Part shown: positions 27,137 to 37,269 of the stretch, piece by piece
How the letters are laid out: every line of letters begins with the position of its first letter
Numbering within the stretch: position 1 is the first letter of the stretch
Translations under genes and position numbers: made by a program
Source of the DNA: Sandaracinaceae bacterium
Lineage (GTDB): Bacteria; Myxococcota_A; Polyangia; Polyangiales; Sandaracinaceae
Direction of reading: 5' to 3'
Assembly (NCBI GenBank): GCA_044376125.1
Contig: JBILLJ010000019.1
Coordinates: forward strand, 15,621 to 79,620
Length of the DNA: 64,000 nt
Notes under the pieces: generated by a model
The model's input: the letters and a program-made list of their open reading frames with translations, nothing else
What the model was told of the DNA's origin: nothing
The model's database searches: none

Positions 27137-27181
27137 CTCCGAGGAGCCGGTCTCCGAGGAGCCCGTCTCCGAGGAGCCCCT
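27137..27181. repeat. 15-bp tandem repeat x3 (ctccgaggagccSgt) starting 2 nt after the era stop
   Basis: Three consecutive units read directly; units differ at 1-2 positions. Confidence 0.85.
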
Positions 27182-27254
27182 CACCACTCCGTGGCGCGCT
27201 CGGTCGGCTCACGGCGGGTCTCGACAGTCTCCGAGCACCACCGAAAGCCGCACG

Positions 27255-28718
27255 ATGGCCCGCAAGAAGCCCCCCGCGAACGAGAGCCCCGAGGACACCA
27301 CGCCGGAGATCCGCACCGCGTCGGCCGACCTCTCGCGCCGCCGTCGCCGCGGCGAGTCCCTGCCGGCGGGTGCGATCGGCGCCCGTCCGGTCGTCGCGAT
27401 CATCGGCCGTCCGAACATCGGCAAGAGCACCCTGTTCAACCGACTCGCCGGTGCCCGCCTGGCCATCGTCGAGGACGTCCCGGGCGTCACCCGCGACCGC
27501 CACTACGCCGACACGTTCCTCCGAGGACGTGACCTCGTGCTCGTCGACACCGGCGGCTTCGACCCCGACAGCGACGATCCGATGAAGGAGGGCATCGCAC
27601 GGCACGTGAAGGCAGCGCTCTCCGAGGCCGACGTCGTCGTCTGCGTCCTCGATGCGACGACACCTCCGACGCCCGCGGACCGCGCCGCCGTCCAGCTCCT
27701 GCGCAAGGCCGACAAGAAGGTGGTCTTCGTCGCCAACAAGGCCGACTCCAAGGCGCAGGCCCTCGAGGCCTCGGAGCTCTACGCGCTCGGCATGGAGACG
27801 CTCATCCCGATCTCCGCGCTCCACGGCAACAACCTCGTGGACCTCGAAGAGGCGATCGTCGCCGCGCTGCCGCCCCCCAACGAGGGCAGCGAGCCTGTCT
27901 GGGGCGAGGACGCCCGCCGCGTCGCGATCGTGGGTCGCCCCAACGCGGGGAAGAGCTCGCTCACCAATCGCCTCCTCGGAGAAGACCGACAGCTCGTGGA
28001 CTCGCGCCCGGGCACCACCGTCGATGCGATCGACTCCCTTCTCGTTCGCAAGACCCGCGACGGCGAGCGCCAGTACGTCCTCATCGACACGGCTGGCGTG
28101 CGCCGCAAGCGCGGCATCGAGGAGGCCGTCGAGTCGATCGCGGTCATGAAGGCCATCCGCTCCATCGAGCGCAGCGACTGCACCGTCCTGCTCGTGGATG
28201 CCAAGGAGGGCATCGCAGAGCAAGACGCGCGCTTGGCCGGTCTCGTCGTCGACCGCGGCCGCGCGCTCGTCGTCGGCCTCAACAAGAGCGACCTCTTCAC
28301 GACGGAGAAAGAGCGTCAGCGCGCCCTCACCCTCGCGCGCGAGACCCTCGCCTTCGCACCGTGGGCGCCGATCATCCTGCTCTCGGCCAAGACCGGCCGC
28401 GCCTCCGGCAAGATCCTCGAGGCCGCGGACCAGGCCATCGCTTCGCACCGGGCCCGCGTCACCACCTCGGAGCTGAACCGCTTCTTCGAGGAGGTCCTCG
28501 ACCGCCACCCGCCCCCGACCTTCCGGAGCAAGCCGGTCCGCTTGTACTACGTGACGCAGGCGGAGACGAAGCCGCCGCGCTTCGTCGTCGTCACGAACGA
28601 GCCGGAAGGCATCCACTTCTCCTACCAGCGCTACGTCGTGAACGCCCTCCGCGAGCGCTTCGGTTTCGAGGGCACTCCGATCCGCGTCACGTACCGCGCG
28701 AAGTCCAAGCGCGAGTGA
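27255..28718 (+). CDS. der: ribosome-associated GTPase Der (EngA), tandem GTPase domains
   Basis: Two G domains (GRPNIGKST/DTGG/NKAD and GRPNAGKSS/DTAG/NKSD) plus a KH-like C-terminal domain. Confidence 0.95.
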   Translation: MARKKPPANESPEDTTPEIRTASADLSRRRRRGESLPAGAIGARPVVAIIGRPNIGKSTLFNRLAGARLAIVEDVPGVTRDRHYADTFLRGRDLVLVDTGGFDPDSDDPMKEGIARHVKAALSEADVVVCVLDATTPPTPADRAAVQLLRKADKKVVFVANKADSKAQALEASELYALGMETLIPISALHGNNLVDLEEAIVAALPPPNEGSEPVWGEDARRVAIVGRPNAGKSSLTNRLLGEDRQLVDSRPGTTVDAIDSLLVRKTRDGERQYVLIDTAGVRRKRGIEEAVESIAVMKAIRSIERSDCTVLLVDAKEGIAEQDARLAGLVVDRGRALVVGLNKSDLFTTEKERQRALTLARETLAFAPWAPIILLSAKTGRASGKILEAADQAIASHRARVTTSELNRFFEEVLDRHPPPTFRSKPVRLYYVTQAETKPPRFVVVTNEPEGIHFSYQRYVVNALRERFGFEGTPIRVTYRAKSKRE

Positions 28719-28812
28719 CGCGCTCGCCGCCGCGTCAGGCCCGGTACGAGGTCATGGCGGCGGCGCGCCCGAGACGCTATCGTCCCGCCCCGCCACCCCC
28801 CCGGAGGCTGCT

Positions 28813-29226
28813 TTGTTCGCTCGCTCGCTGGCCCGAGTGACCGCTCACTCACTCTTTCGTTCGACCCACGCGCTCCGCTGCGCTGCGCTCTTCGGGAGCC
28901 TGCTCGGCCTCGCGCTCGTCGCACCCGGATGCTCGAACGGCGTCGGCTCGAACTGCGAGATCTCGCAGGACTGCGCCTCGGGCCTGACCTGCTGCACCGC
29001 CAGCTGCGCGAACCCCGCGCGTGGCACCTGCCAGGCGAGCTGCGACGGCGTGGTCTGCGTCGACGCCGGCACGTCCGAGGTGGATGCAGGCACGTCCGAG
29101 GTGGATGCCTTCGCGTCGACGGAGACGGACGCGTTCACCCCGAGCGAGCCCGACGCGTCCAGCACGCGCGATGCGTTCACCCCGAGCGAGCCCGACGCGG
29201 CGTCGGACGTCGACGGAGGGACCTGA
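28813..29226 (+). CDS. small Cys-rich lipoprotein with Asp/Ala-rich tail
   Basis: TTG start. Lipobox LVAPGC. Nine Cys in about 60 aa (SNCEISQDCASGLTCCTASCANPARGTCQASCDGVVC). The stop is 3 nt before the kinase GTG. Confidence 0.6.
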   Translation: MFARSLARVTAHSLFRSTHALRCAALFGSLLGLALVAPGCSNGVGSNCEISQDCASGLTCCTASCANPARGTCQASCDGVVCVDAGTSEVDAGTSEVDAFASTETDAFTPSEPDASSTRDAFTPSEPDAASDVDGGT

Positions 29227-29229
29227 ACC

Positions 29230-31203
29230 GTGCGCAAGCCCCCGGTCGATCCGCTGATCGGCCGCACGATCGGCGGCCGCTATCGCTTGATCCAGCGGCT
29301 GGGATCGGGGGGGATGTCGAGCGTCTACCTCGCGCGACACGTGCTCATCGATCGCCTCATGGCGATCAAGACCCTGAGGCGTGACCTCGCCACCGACCCG
29401 GTGCAGCGCGACCGCTTCATCCGAGAGGCACGCGCCGTCAATCGCATCAACCACGAGAACATCGTGGAGATCTCGGACTTCCGCGAGACGGAGGACGGCC
29501 TCCTCTACCTCGTCATGGAGTACGTGCCGGGCGAATCGCTGCTCAAGGCGATGGGCGAGGGCCCGTTCCCCCCGCTGCGCGCGCTCGACATCGCAGAGCA
29601 GGCCGCGAGCGCGCTCGCACGCGCGCACCAGATGGGCGTCATCCACCGCGACCTCAAGCCCGAGAACCTCCTCCTCGTGCAGCGCCCCGACCGCCCGGAC
29701 TTCGTGAAGCTGCTCGACTTCGGCATCGCGAAGCTGATGGACCAGCCCTCGCTGACGGGCAGCCAGCAGATCTTCGGCACGCCGGGCTACATCGCGCCCG
29801 AGTACATCCAGAGCGCGAACATCGACGGCCGGAGCGACCTCTACTCGCTCGGCGTCATCCTCTACGAGATGGTCACCGGCGCGCTGCCGTTCGACTACGA
29901 GTACCCCGGCGACCTCCTCATCAAGCACGTCACCGAGCCGCCCGTGCGCCCCTCGCTGCGGCGGCCCGGCCTGCCGGCGCCCATCGAGGAGCTCGTCCTG
30001 CGCTGCCTCGAGAAGTCTCCCGAGAAGCGCTTTCGCGACGCGTTCCACTTCCTCGAAGAGCTCCGCGCCTGCCGCGAGCGCCTCGGGTCGGAGCTCGAAT
30101 GGGGTGCCCTGTCCGGCCCGAAGGTCTCCGCGCGCTCGGAGGTCGGCCCTCCCGGCAGCGGTGGCAAGCGCGCCGTGTCCTCGATGCCCACGCCCTCCGA
30201 GGACGCCAAGGGCGCGCTGCCCTCGATCCCCATCGCGCTCCCCCCCGCCGAGCTGATCACACCGCTCCGCGCGGACGCCGCCGAGGGCCGCCTCTCGATC
30301 CCGATCGAGGTGGACGCGCCCACCCCGAGCGAGGCCGCGAGCGCGGCACGCGTCACCACGCCCTCGGCACGACCGAGCGGCTCGAGCTCGCGCACGTCCA
30401 TCGAGTCGCCCGTGCCCGGCCAGAGCGGTCGGCCCATCACCGCCGACTACAACCGCCGCTCGATCCCCGTCGCGCCCGGCGACGACCTCTCCATCGACGT
30501 CGACATCGCTGACCCCGAGAGCATGCGGCCTCCGCCGATCACCGCCGGGCCGGACACCTCGAGCCCCAGCACGAGCGGCGAGCACGGCCTGGCCGGCACG
30601 CGGCGCTGGCGCGAGCGCTTCGAGAGCCTGCGCGCGTGCCTCGACGAGCTCGTCGAGATCCAGGTGCCGCCCGCAGAGATCGATCACGCGATGGCCTTCG
30701 CCGCGCGCGCGCTCGAGGAGCTGGAAGAGGCCGCGAACGCAGCCCGGCGCGAGCAGCGTGCGCTCGAGGGCGTGTCGGAGAAGGCGCGTGACTTCCGCGC
30801 GACGATCGGGCGCACGCTCGACGAGCTCGCCGCCCAGCTCTCGCACGAGAAGGGCGAGCTCGATCGGCTCACGGCGCAGCGCGTGAGGCTCGACGAGCGT
30901 CGCGCGCAGCTCCGCGGCCAAGGGCGCGAGACCGAGGCCGACGGAGTGCTCTGGGAGCTCGCCGCCGTGGACCAGGCCGTCGGTGAGAAGGCCGCCGTGC
31001 ACGAGGTCCTCGCAGGACAGGTGGCCGAGCTCCAGCAGCAGCTCGATCGCGAGAACGAGCAGCTCGAGCAGGAGATCGGTGTGCTCTCCCAGTCGCTCGA
31101 TCGCGAGATGGCTCGCCTCTGGCCCATGGCCGGCGCGCTGCGAGAGCCACTCGATCGCGTCGAGCAGTACGTGCGCGACACCTGGCAGGCCACGGGTCGC
31201 TGA
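29230..31203 (+). CDS. Hanks-type Ser/Thr protein kinase with long C-terminal coiled-coil region
   Basis: [39 protein letters not shown]-terminal heptad-like E/L/R-rich region. Confidence 0.9.
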   Translation: MRKPPVDPLIGRTIGGRYRLIQRLGSGGMSSVYLARHVLIDRLMAIKTLRRDLATDPVQRDRFIREARAVNRINHENIVEISDFRETEDGLLYLVMEYVPGESLLKAMGEGPFPPLRALDIAEQAASALARAHQMGVIHRDLKPENLLLVQRPDRPDFVKLLDFGIAKLMDQPSLTGSQQIFGTPGYIAPEYIQSANIDGRSDLYSLGVILYEMVTGALPFDYEYPGDLLIKHVTEPPVRPSLRRPGLPAPIEELVLRCLEKSPEKRFRDAFHFLEELRACRERLGSELEWGALSGPKVSARSEVGPPGSGGKRAVSSMPTPSEDAKGALPSIPIALPPAELITPLRADAAEGRLSIPIEVDAPTPSEAASAARVTTPSARPSGSSSRTSIESPVPGQSGRPITADYNRRSIPVAPGDDLSIDVDIADPESMRPPPITAGPDTSSPSTSGEHGLAGTRRWRERFESLRACLDELVEIQVPPAEIDHAMAFAARALEELEEAANAARREQRALEGVSEKARDFRATIGRTLDELAAQLSHEKGELDRLTAQRVRLDERRAQLRGQGRETEADGVLWELAAVDQAVGEKAAVHEVLAGQVAELQQQLDRENEQLEQEIGVLSQSLDREMARLWPMAGALREPLDRVEQYVRDTWQATGR

Positions 31204-31251
31204 GCGGGGAGGCCACGGGTCGCTGAGCGGCAGGCCACGGGTCGCCGAGCG
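31184..31251. repeat. about 23-bp tandem repeat x3 that duplicates the kinase 3' end, including its stop codon
   Basis: Units: ggcaggccacgggtcgctgagcg / gggaggccacgggtcgctgagcg / gcaggccacgggtcgccgagcg. The stop tga at 31201-31203 lies in unit 1. Confidence 0.85.
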
Positions 31252-31345
31252 CACCTGCTCCGCGTTCGTGCGGCGGCGCGACCTGCGAGAAGGGACTGGC
31301 CACGCGTCGTGCGGCCGCGGGCACGCGACGCTATCCTCGGGCCGT

Positions 31346-32086
31346 ATGCGCACGCTCCTCCTCGCCATGGTGCTCGTGCTCGGCTGCCTCGGTTGCAGTG
31401 GCAGTGACGACGCCGCAGGCGGCGAGCCCACGACCGCGGCCACCGACCTCGCGAGCGCAGGTGAGATCGTCGATCCGCCCTTCGCGGTCCGCGGCGAGGC
31501 CGAGGGTCTCGTGCTCACGTGGTTCGATGCGCAGGGCACGCACGTCGCGGAGCGCCGCACCGACGTCCCCGAGAGCGCGCGCGCCGAGGTGCGCGTCGAC
31601 TCTCTCACGCTCGCTCCCGAGGATCGCGACGCCGAGCACGTGCTCGTCGCCGATCTGCGCAGCGCCGGCGAAGGCGGCCGATACGTCGTGCGGCGCGTGA
31701 CGCGCGAGGCCTTCGAGGCGCGCGTGCGTGCGGCGCGCGAGGCCGTGGTGGCCAACGTCGCGAGCGGCGAGATCATCGTCTTCGGCGCGTCGTGGTGCGG
31801 TGCGTGTCGCCAGGCCGAGGGCTACCTGCGAGAGCGTGGCGTCGCGTTCGAAGAGCGCGACATCGAGGCCGATCCGGGCGCGCGTCAGGACATGATCCGC
31901 CGCGCACGCGCTGCGGGCATCACGCCCAACGGCATCCCCGTCATCGACATCCGAGGTCGCGTGCTCCAGGGCTTCGATGCGCAGGCGATCGATCGCGCGC
32001 TCGCCGAGACCGGAGGCGCGGGCGGCGCGCCGGGAAGCGCGCCTTCGCCCGGTGCCGGCGCGCCCTCGGGTGGCGTGACGATCTGA
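31346..32086 (+). CDS. lipoprotein with C-terminal glutaredoxin-like (thioredoxin-fold) domain
   Basis: Lipobox VLGCLGC. IIVFGASWCGACRQAEGYL..GIPVIDIRG matches the Grx CxxC and cis-Pro layout. Confidence 0.75.
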   Translation: MRTLLLAMVLVLGCLGCSGSDDAAGGEPTTAATDLASAGEIVDPPFAVRGEAEGLVLTWFDAQGTHVAERRTDVPESARAEVRVDSLTLAPEDRDAEHVLVADLRSAGEGGRYVVRRVTREAFEARVRAAREAVVANVASGEIIVFGASWCGACRQAEGYLRERGVAFEERDIEADPGARQDMIRRARAAGITPNGIPVIDIRGRVLQGFDAQAIDRALAETGGAGGAPGSAPSPGAGAPSGGVTI

Positions 32087-32290
32087 TCGATCGAGCGCGT
32101 CTCGATCGACGCGCGACGCGGATCGAACGACCGCCTCGATCGACGCGGCGATCGACCCGCCGCCTCGACGATCGAGCGTGTGTGCGGCGGGCGAAGCAAA
32201 CGCACGCGCGGGTCAAGAATCCGCGAGGGCGCCGGATCGTCGCTGAAAACTGGAGCGGTCCTCGGAAGGGCGGGAGGATTCCGCACGTCG

Positions 32291-34693
32291 ATGACGGTCA
32301 TCCCGCTCCATCCGCATCTGCGCCGGGCCACTGGTGCTGAACGACGCTTCCAGTCCGCCGACCTCGTGCGCCCGGTCGCCGATGCGCGCGCGCTCGAAGA
32401 GGCTCCCTCGCCCACCGCGCGCACCTCGCGCGTCGTGGCCGAGTGGCTCGAGACGCTCTTCGGCGGCACGCCCGAGCTGCTCGCGCGAGGCACCCGCCTC
32501 GAGGGCCTCGGCGCGCGCGTCGAGGTCGCCAACGATCGCGGGGCCGAGTGCGCCGACCTGCCGTCGCCGCGCGACGTGCTCGGCGCGCTCGTCGCGATGG
32601 CCGAGGGCGCGCGCAAGAAGGTGCTCGTGCCCTTCGCCGGCGTGCCCCTCGAGATGGCCCTCTTGCGCCGCGGCGCGAGCGTGCTCGTGAGCCTCTACCA
32701 CACCGAGGCCGCGCCCGACGTGCTCGTGCTCGACCGCCGCGTGCCGCTCGATCAGGCGATCGAGTCGAGCTGCGCGGTGCTCGCGGCGCTCGAGCCCGAT
32801 CAGCACCAGCGGCTGCTCCAGCGCGCCACGGAGCTCGACATCGTCGAGGAGCGCGACACGGGGCTGTCGGCGACGCGCCAGCGCGGGGGTGTGCTCGAGG
32901 ATCCGGGCGAGCGCGAGACGCTCGCGTTCGGCTTCGAGGCCGCGATCTTTCCTTCGCAGGAGCTGCCGCGCGACGGCGTCTCGCACGCCGACGTGCACGC
33001 GATGCTCTTCGGTGGCCAGCTCTGGGCCTGGGTGCGCGGACGACGCGTGACGCTCGTGCGCAGCGGCCCGGTGCTCCTCGCCGTGCAGCGCATGGTGAGC
33101 GCGGTCGGCGCGCTCGTGACCGCGTGGGAAGAAGACCGCGCGCTCCACGTGCGCCTTCGCTCCGGCTCCTTCCTCGTCGGCGTGCGCCGCGACCGCAAGG
33201 ACGCCAGAGAGATCGCGCTGACCCTCGGCTGCGAGGACGACGGCGCGATCACGATCCCCGCGCTGGCCATCGAGGACGCGTGCATGCCCGTCTTGCGTGT
33301 GGCCGCCGAGGTGCTGCGCGCGCTCGTCACGGTCGATCGCACGCAGGGACGCAACCTCCGCATCGCCGCGCTCCGCGAGGAGGTGCGCCGCCTGCGCCGC
33401 ACGGTGCGCGCGCGCACCAAGGCCGTCGGCTTCACGAACGACGACCCGGAGCGACGACGCAGCATGAGCCTCGCGCTCGACAGCGAGCCGCCGCGTGCGC
33501 GCAACGACGAGCGCGCCCCCGGCACACTGCGCTTCGCGTCTCGCTGGAACGTCGTGATCGACGGTCTGGACGCGACGACGACCTTCTTCTGTGGCGATCG
33601 CCTCGTGCTCTCGAACGAGCGTCGTGTGCTCGCGCTGCACCGCGACGACGGTCAGTGCCTGTGGCAGCACGAAGGCGCCGCGCAGTCGGCGTTCCTCGCG
33701 GACAGCTCGGTCGTGCGCCTCGGCGCCGATGGCCTCGTCGAGGTCCGCGAGATCGCGACCGGTGAGCTCATGCATCGCATGCGCCTCGCGCCGCGCGTCG
33801 GTGGTGCGCCGACGGGTGTCTTCGTCGGTGGCGGAGGCATCCCGCCCATCGGGCTCGTCGCCGAAGGCCGCGACCGGCTCGCGGCGATCGATCTGCGCAC
33901 GGGCGAGCTGCGCTTCCGCTACACCGCGCGCTCGCCGGGGACGTTCCGCCTGCGTCGTGCAGGCCGCCTCGTGATCGCGGTGAACGGCGACGGCAACGTC
34001 GACGCGATCGACGTCGTGAGCGGCGAGGTCGTCTGGCGCTGCACGGCGCCGGCGAAGTTCTGCCTCACGCCGACGACGCACGGCGCGATGGCGATCGCCG
34101 TCGCCGGAGAGCCCGGCCGCGGTGACGCGACGCTCTACGGCATCGATCTCCTGAGCGGTGAGCTGGTCTACAAGCAGCCGCTCGGTGGGCCCGTCGCCAC
34201 GGCCCCGCAGATGCTCGACCGACAGCTCGTCGTCGCCCTCACCGGCGCGCGGCGCGGCGTGCTGGCCTCGCACGAGCCCGAGACCGGCGAGATCCGCTGG
34301 GCGATCCCGGATCCCGGCGTCGGCACGGGCGGCGGCGTCGTCTCGACCGATCGCGCGATCTTCGTGAACGCCTCGAGCGGCAAGCTCGTCGCGCTCGATC
34401 CGCAGACGGGCGATGCGCTCTACACGCGCGTGCTCTCGAACCCCGTCTCCGACGACGTGCCGCGCAAGCTCACGCCGCTCGTGCGTGGCGGTGCGCTCTT
34501 CGTTCCTTCGGCCGCCGTGCACGTGCTGCGTCCCGCCGACGGCTCGGCGATCGGCGCCGCGCCGCCGTGCGATCTCGTGCCGGACTCGCTCCACGTGGAC
34601 GAGCGCGGCTGGATGTACGTCGCGGAAGAGAGCGGTCACCTCCTGGCGCTGGCGCCGGTGCAGGCCCTGCGCCTCGTGCTCGGCCGCAGCTGA
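32291..34693 (+). CDS. large protein: unknown N-terminal half plus C-terminal PQQ-like (BamB/YfgL-type) beta-propeller repeats
   Basis: ATG at 32291. Repeated 'G..W' blade motifs (DGQCLWQH, SGEVVWRC, TGEIRWAI, GDALYTR) in the C-terminal roughly 400 aa. Confidence 0.8.
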   Translation: MTVIPLHPHLRRATGAERRFQSADLVRPVADARALEEAPSPTARTSRVVAEWLETLFGGTPELLARGTRLEGLGARVEVANDRGAECADLPSPRDVLGALVAMAEGARKKVLVPFAGVPLEMALLRRGASVLVSLYHTEAAPDVLVLDRRVPLDQAIESSCAVLAALEPDQHQRLLQRATELDIVEERDTGLSATRQRGGVLEDPGERETLAFGFEAAIFPSQELPRDGVSHADVHAMLFGGQLWAWVRGRRVTLVRSGPVLLAVQRMVSAVGALVTAWEEDRALHVRLRSGSFLVGVRRDRKDAREIALTLGCEDDGAITIPALAIEDACMPVLRVAAEVLRALVTVDRTQGRNLRIAALREEVRRLRRTVRARTKAVGFTNDDPERRRSMSLALDSEPPRARNDERAPGTLRFASRWNVVIDGLDATTTFFCGDRLVLSNERRVLALHRDDGQCLWQHEGAAQSAFLADSSVVRLGADGLVEVREIATGELMHRMRLAPRVGGAPTGVFVGGGGIPPIGLVAEGRDRLAAIDLRTGELRFRYTARSPGTFRLRRAGRLVIAVNGDGNVDAIDVVSGEVVWRCTAPAKFCLTPTTHGAMAIAVAGEPGRGDATLYGIDLLSGELVYKQPLGGPVATAPQMLDRQLVVALTGARRGVLASHEPETGEIRWAIPDPGVGTGGGVVSTDRAIFVNASSGKLVALDPQTGDALYTRVLSNPVSDDVPRKLTPLVRGGALFVPSAAVHVLRPADGSAIGAAPPCDLVPDSLHVDERGWMYVAEESGHLLALAPVQALRLVLGRS

Positions 34694-34763
34694 CGCGCGC
34701 CGTTCGCTCACGCCGCGGGCTGCGCTTGATTTCGCGGTCGCTCCGGTGGCTCACTCGGACCTC

Positions 34764-35617
34764 GTGGCTCGCCGCCTGAAGCTGGTCGTGTACGCCGTCG
34801 CGCTGAGCGCGTGCACGCCGCTGCGTCCGCTCGACCCCGTGGGCGATGCAGGCCGCGGAGCGATGGACGCTGCGCGCAGCGACGCTGGCTCGTTCGACGC
34901 TGGCTCGTTCGACGCTGGCTCGATCGACGCTGGCTCGATCGACGGAGGTCCCCTCGATTCGGGCAACCCCCCGACGCACCGCGCCCGGACGCGCCCGGCC
35001 TCGACGCGTTCTCCCCCGATGCCTTCGCGCGCGACGCCTTCGTCCCCGATGCGCGGACGGCCGACGCCTTCAGCCCCGACGCGTTCGTGAGCCCGACGCC
35101 CCTTCGTCCGAGCAACGCTGGCGACGTCGTCGTGAGCGAGATGATGCCCGTGCCTGCAGGCGGTGACTCCGACGAGTGGATCGAGCTCTACAACCCCTCG
35201 GCGCTCCAGGCCTTCGATCTCGAGGGCTGCGATCTGCAGGGTCGCTTCAGCTCGATCCGCATCCGCTCCCGCCTCGTCGTCATGCCGCGCTCGTACGTGA
35301 CGCTCGGCGCCGCGGGCGCACCCTTCCCCGTCGACTACCCCTGGGGCGCGGGCGGCGCTGGCACCTTCCGCCTCGACAACGACGCTGATCGCGTGGCGAT
35401 CTCCTGCGCCGGGCGTCTCATCGACGAGGTGGACTACGACCCATCGTTCCCTGTGATCGACCGCCGCAGCGTCATGGTCGAGTCGGCCGTGCTCGGCGGC
35501 GCGGACCCGGCGTCGGGCAACGATCTCGCGGCGAACTGGTGCAGCGCACCGTCGACGACCTCGATCGACGGGCGCGACTTCGGCACGCCTGGCGACATCA
35601 ACGTCTGCCCACCGTGA
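34764..35617 (+). pseudogene. lipoprotein with lamin-tail domain (LTD), interrupted by a 1-nt frameshift in a C6 run (34967-34972)
   Basis: Frame 0 gives VARRLKLVVYAVALSAC (lipobox) plus DAGSFDAGS.. linker up to ..LDSGNPP. Frame 2 continues PPDAPRPDAPGLDAF.. into an LTD (SDEWIELYNPS, RLDNDADRV). C7 instead of C6 gives one ORF. Confidence 0.55.
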
Positions 35618-35620
35618 GTC

Positions 35621-35878
35621 TCAACCCTCGATCGCGGCGCGCCGCTCGGCCTCGACGCGACGCTCCGCGATGACTGCCACGAGCACGGCCTGCACCGCGC
35701 GCGCGTCGAGCCCCACGAGGTGACCGAGCTCGTCGACGAGATCCGGCATGCCCGCGCGCAGCAGCGTCGGGTGCGTGATCGGACAGTCCAGCGAGCCGTC
35801 GTGCACGCGCTTGAGCACGCGCTCGAGCTTCTCCGTCGGCACGTGCGTGAGGCCGCCGCCCATCGTGCGCTTCTTCAC
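35621..35878 (-). CDS. small hypothetical protein (about 85 aa)
   Basis: The GTG at 35878 overlaps the upstream lipoprotein stop (GTGA). Protein-like composition (LERVLKRVHDGSLDCPITHPTLLRAGMPDLVDELGHLVG). Confidence 0.5.
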   Translation of the reverse strand: MKKRTMGGGLTHVPTEKLERVLKRVHDGSLDCPITHPTLLRAGMPDLVDELGHLVGLDARAVQAVLVAVIAERRVEAERRAAIEG

Positions 35879-36654
35879 TGCTGGGCCCCCGTCGCGTCGC
35901 TCGATCCCGCCGCGCTCGTGCTCGCCGCACCGCTCGTGCTCGCGCCCTGCTCGGTCGGGTGCGAGTAGACGCGCACGAGCTCCTCGCCGCGGTCTTCGCA
36001 GAAGTCTCGCCACTCCTGCCAGGCCGGCCCTTCGCTCACGCCGGCGAGCTCGTCGAAGGCCGCGACGCAGAAGCGGTAGCCCTCGAGCGAGCGGCGCACG
36101 AGCGGCATGAGCGCGTCGTCGAGCGCGCGCGTGTAGACCGCGAGCAGCTCCGCATCGCCCGACACCGAGGGGGGAATCGGCGCGCCACGCGCCTCGGCCG
36201 CGGTCTGCTCGTGGAGGTAGCCGAGCACGCCCGCCGCGACGCCGCGATCCCACGGCGGCGCGCCCTCGAGGCCGCTCGCGTGTCCCTCGGCGCGCTGCGC
36301 TGCCGCGAGGCGCTGCGCGAGCCACGGCGAGAACGCGCTCTCGTACCAGCCCGTCAGCGCCGCCTCTTCGGTCGCCGCCGGGGGCTGGGGCGGGCGCACC
36401 GCGACGGCCTGCTCGACCTCGAGCCAGATCTCCTGCGTCGGCGACGCGAGCCGATCGCGCGCGATCGCCGGCTGCGGCACCGGCACGGGCGTCGTCGTGT
36501 AGAGCGTGTGCGGTGCCTCGGCCTCGCCGCCGCTCGTCTCCGCGGTCGAGGTGCCCGCGGAGCCCGATCCTTCGTCGTTCCGAGGGCTGCTCCCACCGCA
36601 GCCGATGACGAGCAGGGACAGAGAGGTGAGGAGAACCGAGAGGGCGTTGCGCAT
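35875..36654 (-). CDS. hypothetical lipoprotein
   Basis: Start trimmed to MRNALSVLLTSLSLLVIGC (lipobox). The remainder is helical and Trp/Glu-rich. No family recognised. Confidence 0.7.
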   Translation of the reverse strand: MRNALSVLLTSLSLLVIGCGGSSPRNDEGSGSAGTSTAETSGGEAEAPHTLYTTTPVPVPQPAIARDRLASPTQEIWLEVEQAVAVRPPQPPAATEEAALTGWYESAFSPWLAQRLAAAQRAEGHASGLEGAPPWDRGVAAGVLGYLHEQTAAEARGAPIPPSVSGDAELLAVYTRALDDALMPLVRRSLEGYRFCVAAFDELAGVSEGPAWQEWRDFCEDRGEELVRVYSHPTEQGASTSGAASTSAAGSSDATGAQQ

Positions 36655-36770
36655 GGCGGCGCGAGGGTAGCTCATGCCGCGCAGACAATGCGCGCGGCGC
36701 CGGGTTCCGCCCACGAGCCCGAGGCGCGCGGGGGTTGGCCTCGGAGGCCCGTGCCTGCAAGAGTCCGCGC

Positions 36771-37256
36771 GTGATCGATCGGCGCCCCACACCTGGCCTC
36801 GCGAGGATCTCCCTCCTGTCGCTCCTCTCGCTCGGGGCCCTGCTCGTGCTCTCGGCGTGCGAGGACCGCGTGCGCAACGAGGCGATGCTCTTCCTCACGC
36901 GCTACGACGCGCTCGATCTCGACGCACCGCTCGAGGAGCGCCGCGAAGCCGTGTCCAACCTGCGTGGGCTCGTCTTGACGAACGAAGACGTGATCTCCGC
37001 GCGCGATGCGTGCGCCGAGGCGTACGAGGCCGAGATCCTGGCCGAGGACCAGCACGCGGCGGCGACCGCTCAGCTGCTCGAGGCCTCGGCCGGTGGTGCC
37101 GAGCGCGTGCCCACCGAGGCCGCCGCGCGCATCGAGGCCGCGATCCAGTCGTCGCAGGAGGCGATCGAGCGCACCCGCGAGCTCTTCCCGCGATGCGAGC
37201 GCGAGGCCCGCGCGCTGCGCCTGCGCTTCTCGGCGCCCCGCCCCTCCGAGCGATGA
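36771..37256 (+). CDS. hypothetical lipoprotein
   Basis: GTG at 36771 gives VIDRRPTPGLARISLLSLLSLGALLVLSAC (lipobox). Helical remainder. The start is uncertain (ORF opens at 36735). Confidence 0.6.
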   Translation: MIDRRPTPGLARISLLSLLSLGALLVLSACEDRVRNEAMLFLTRYDALDLDAPLEERREAVSNLRGLVLTNEDVISARDACAEAYEAEILAEDQHAAATAQLLEASAGGAERVPTEAAARIEAAIQSSQEAIERTRELFPRCEREARALRLRFSAPRPSER

Positions 37257-37269
37257 GCGCGCGTCACCG

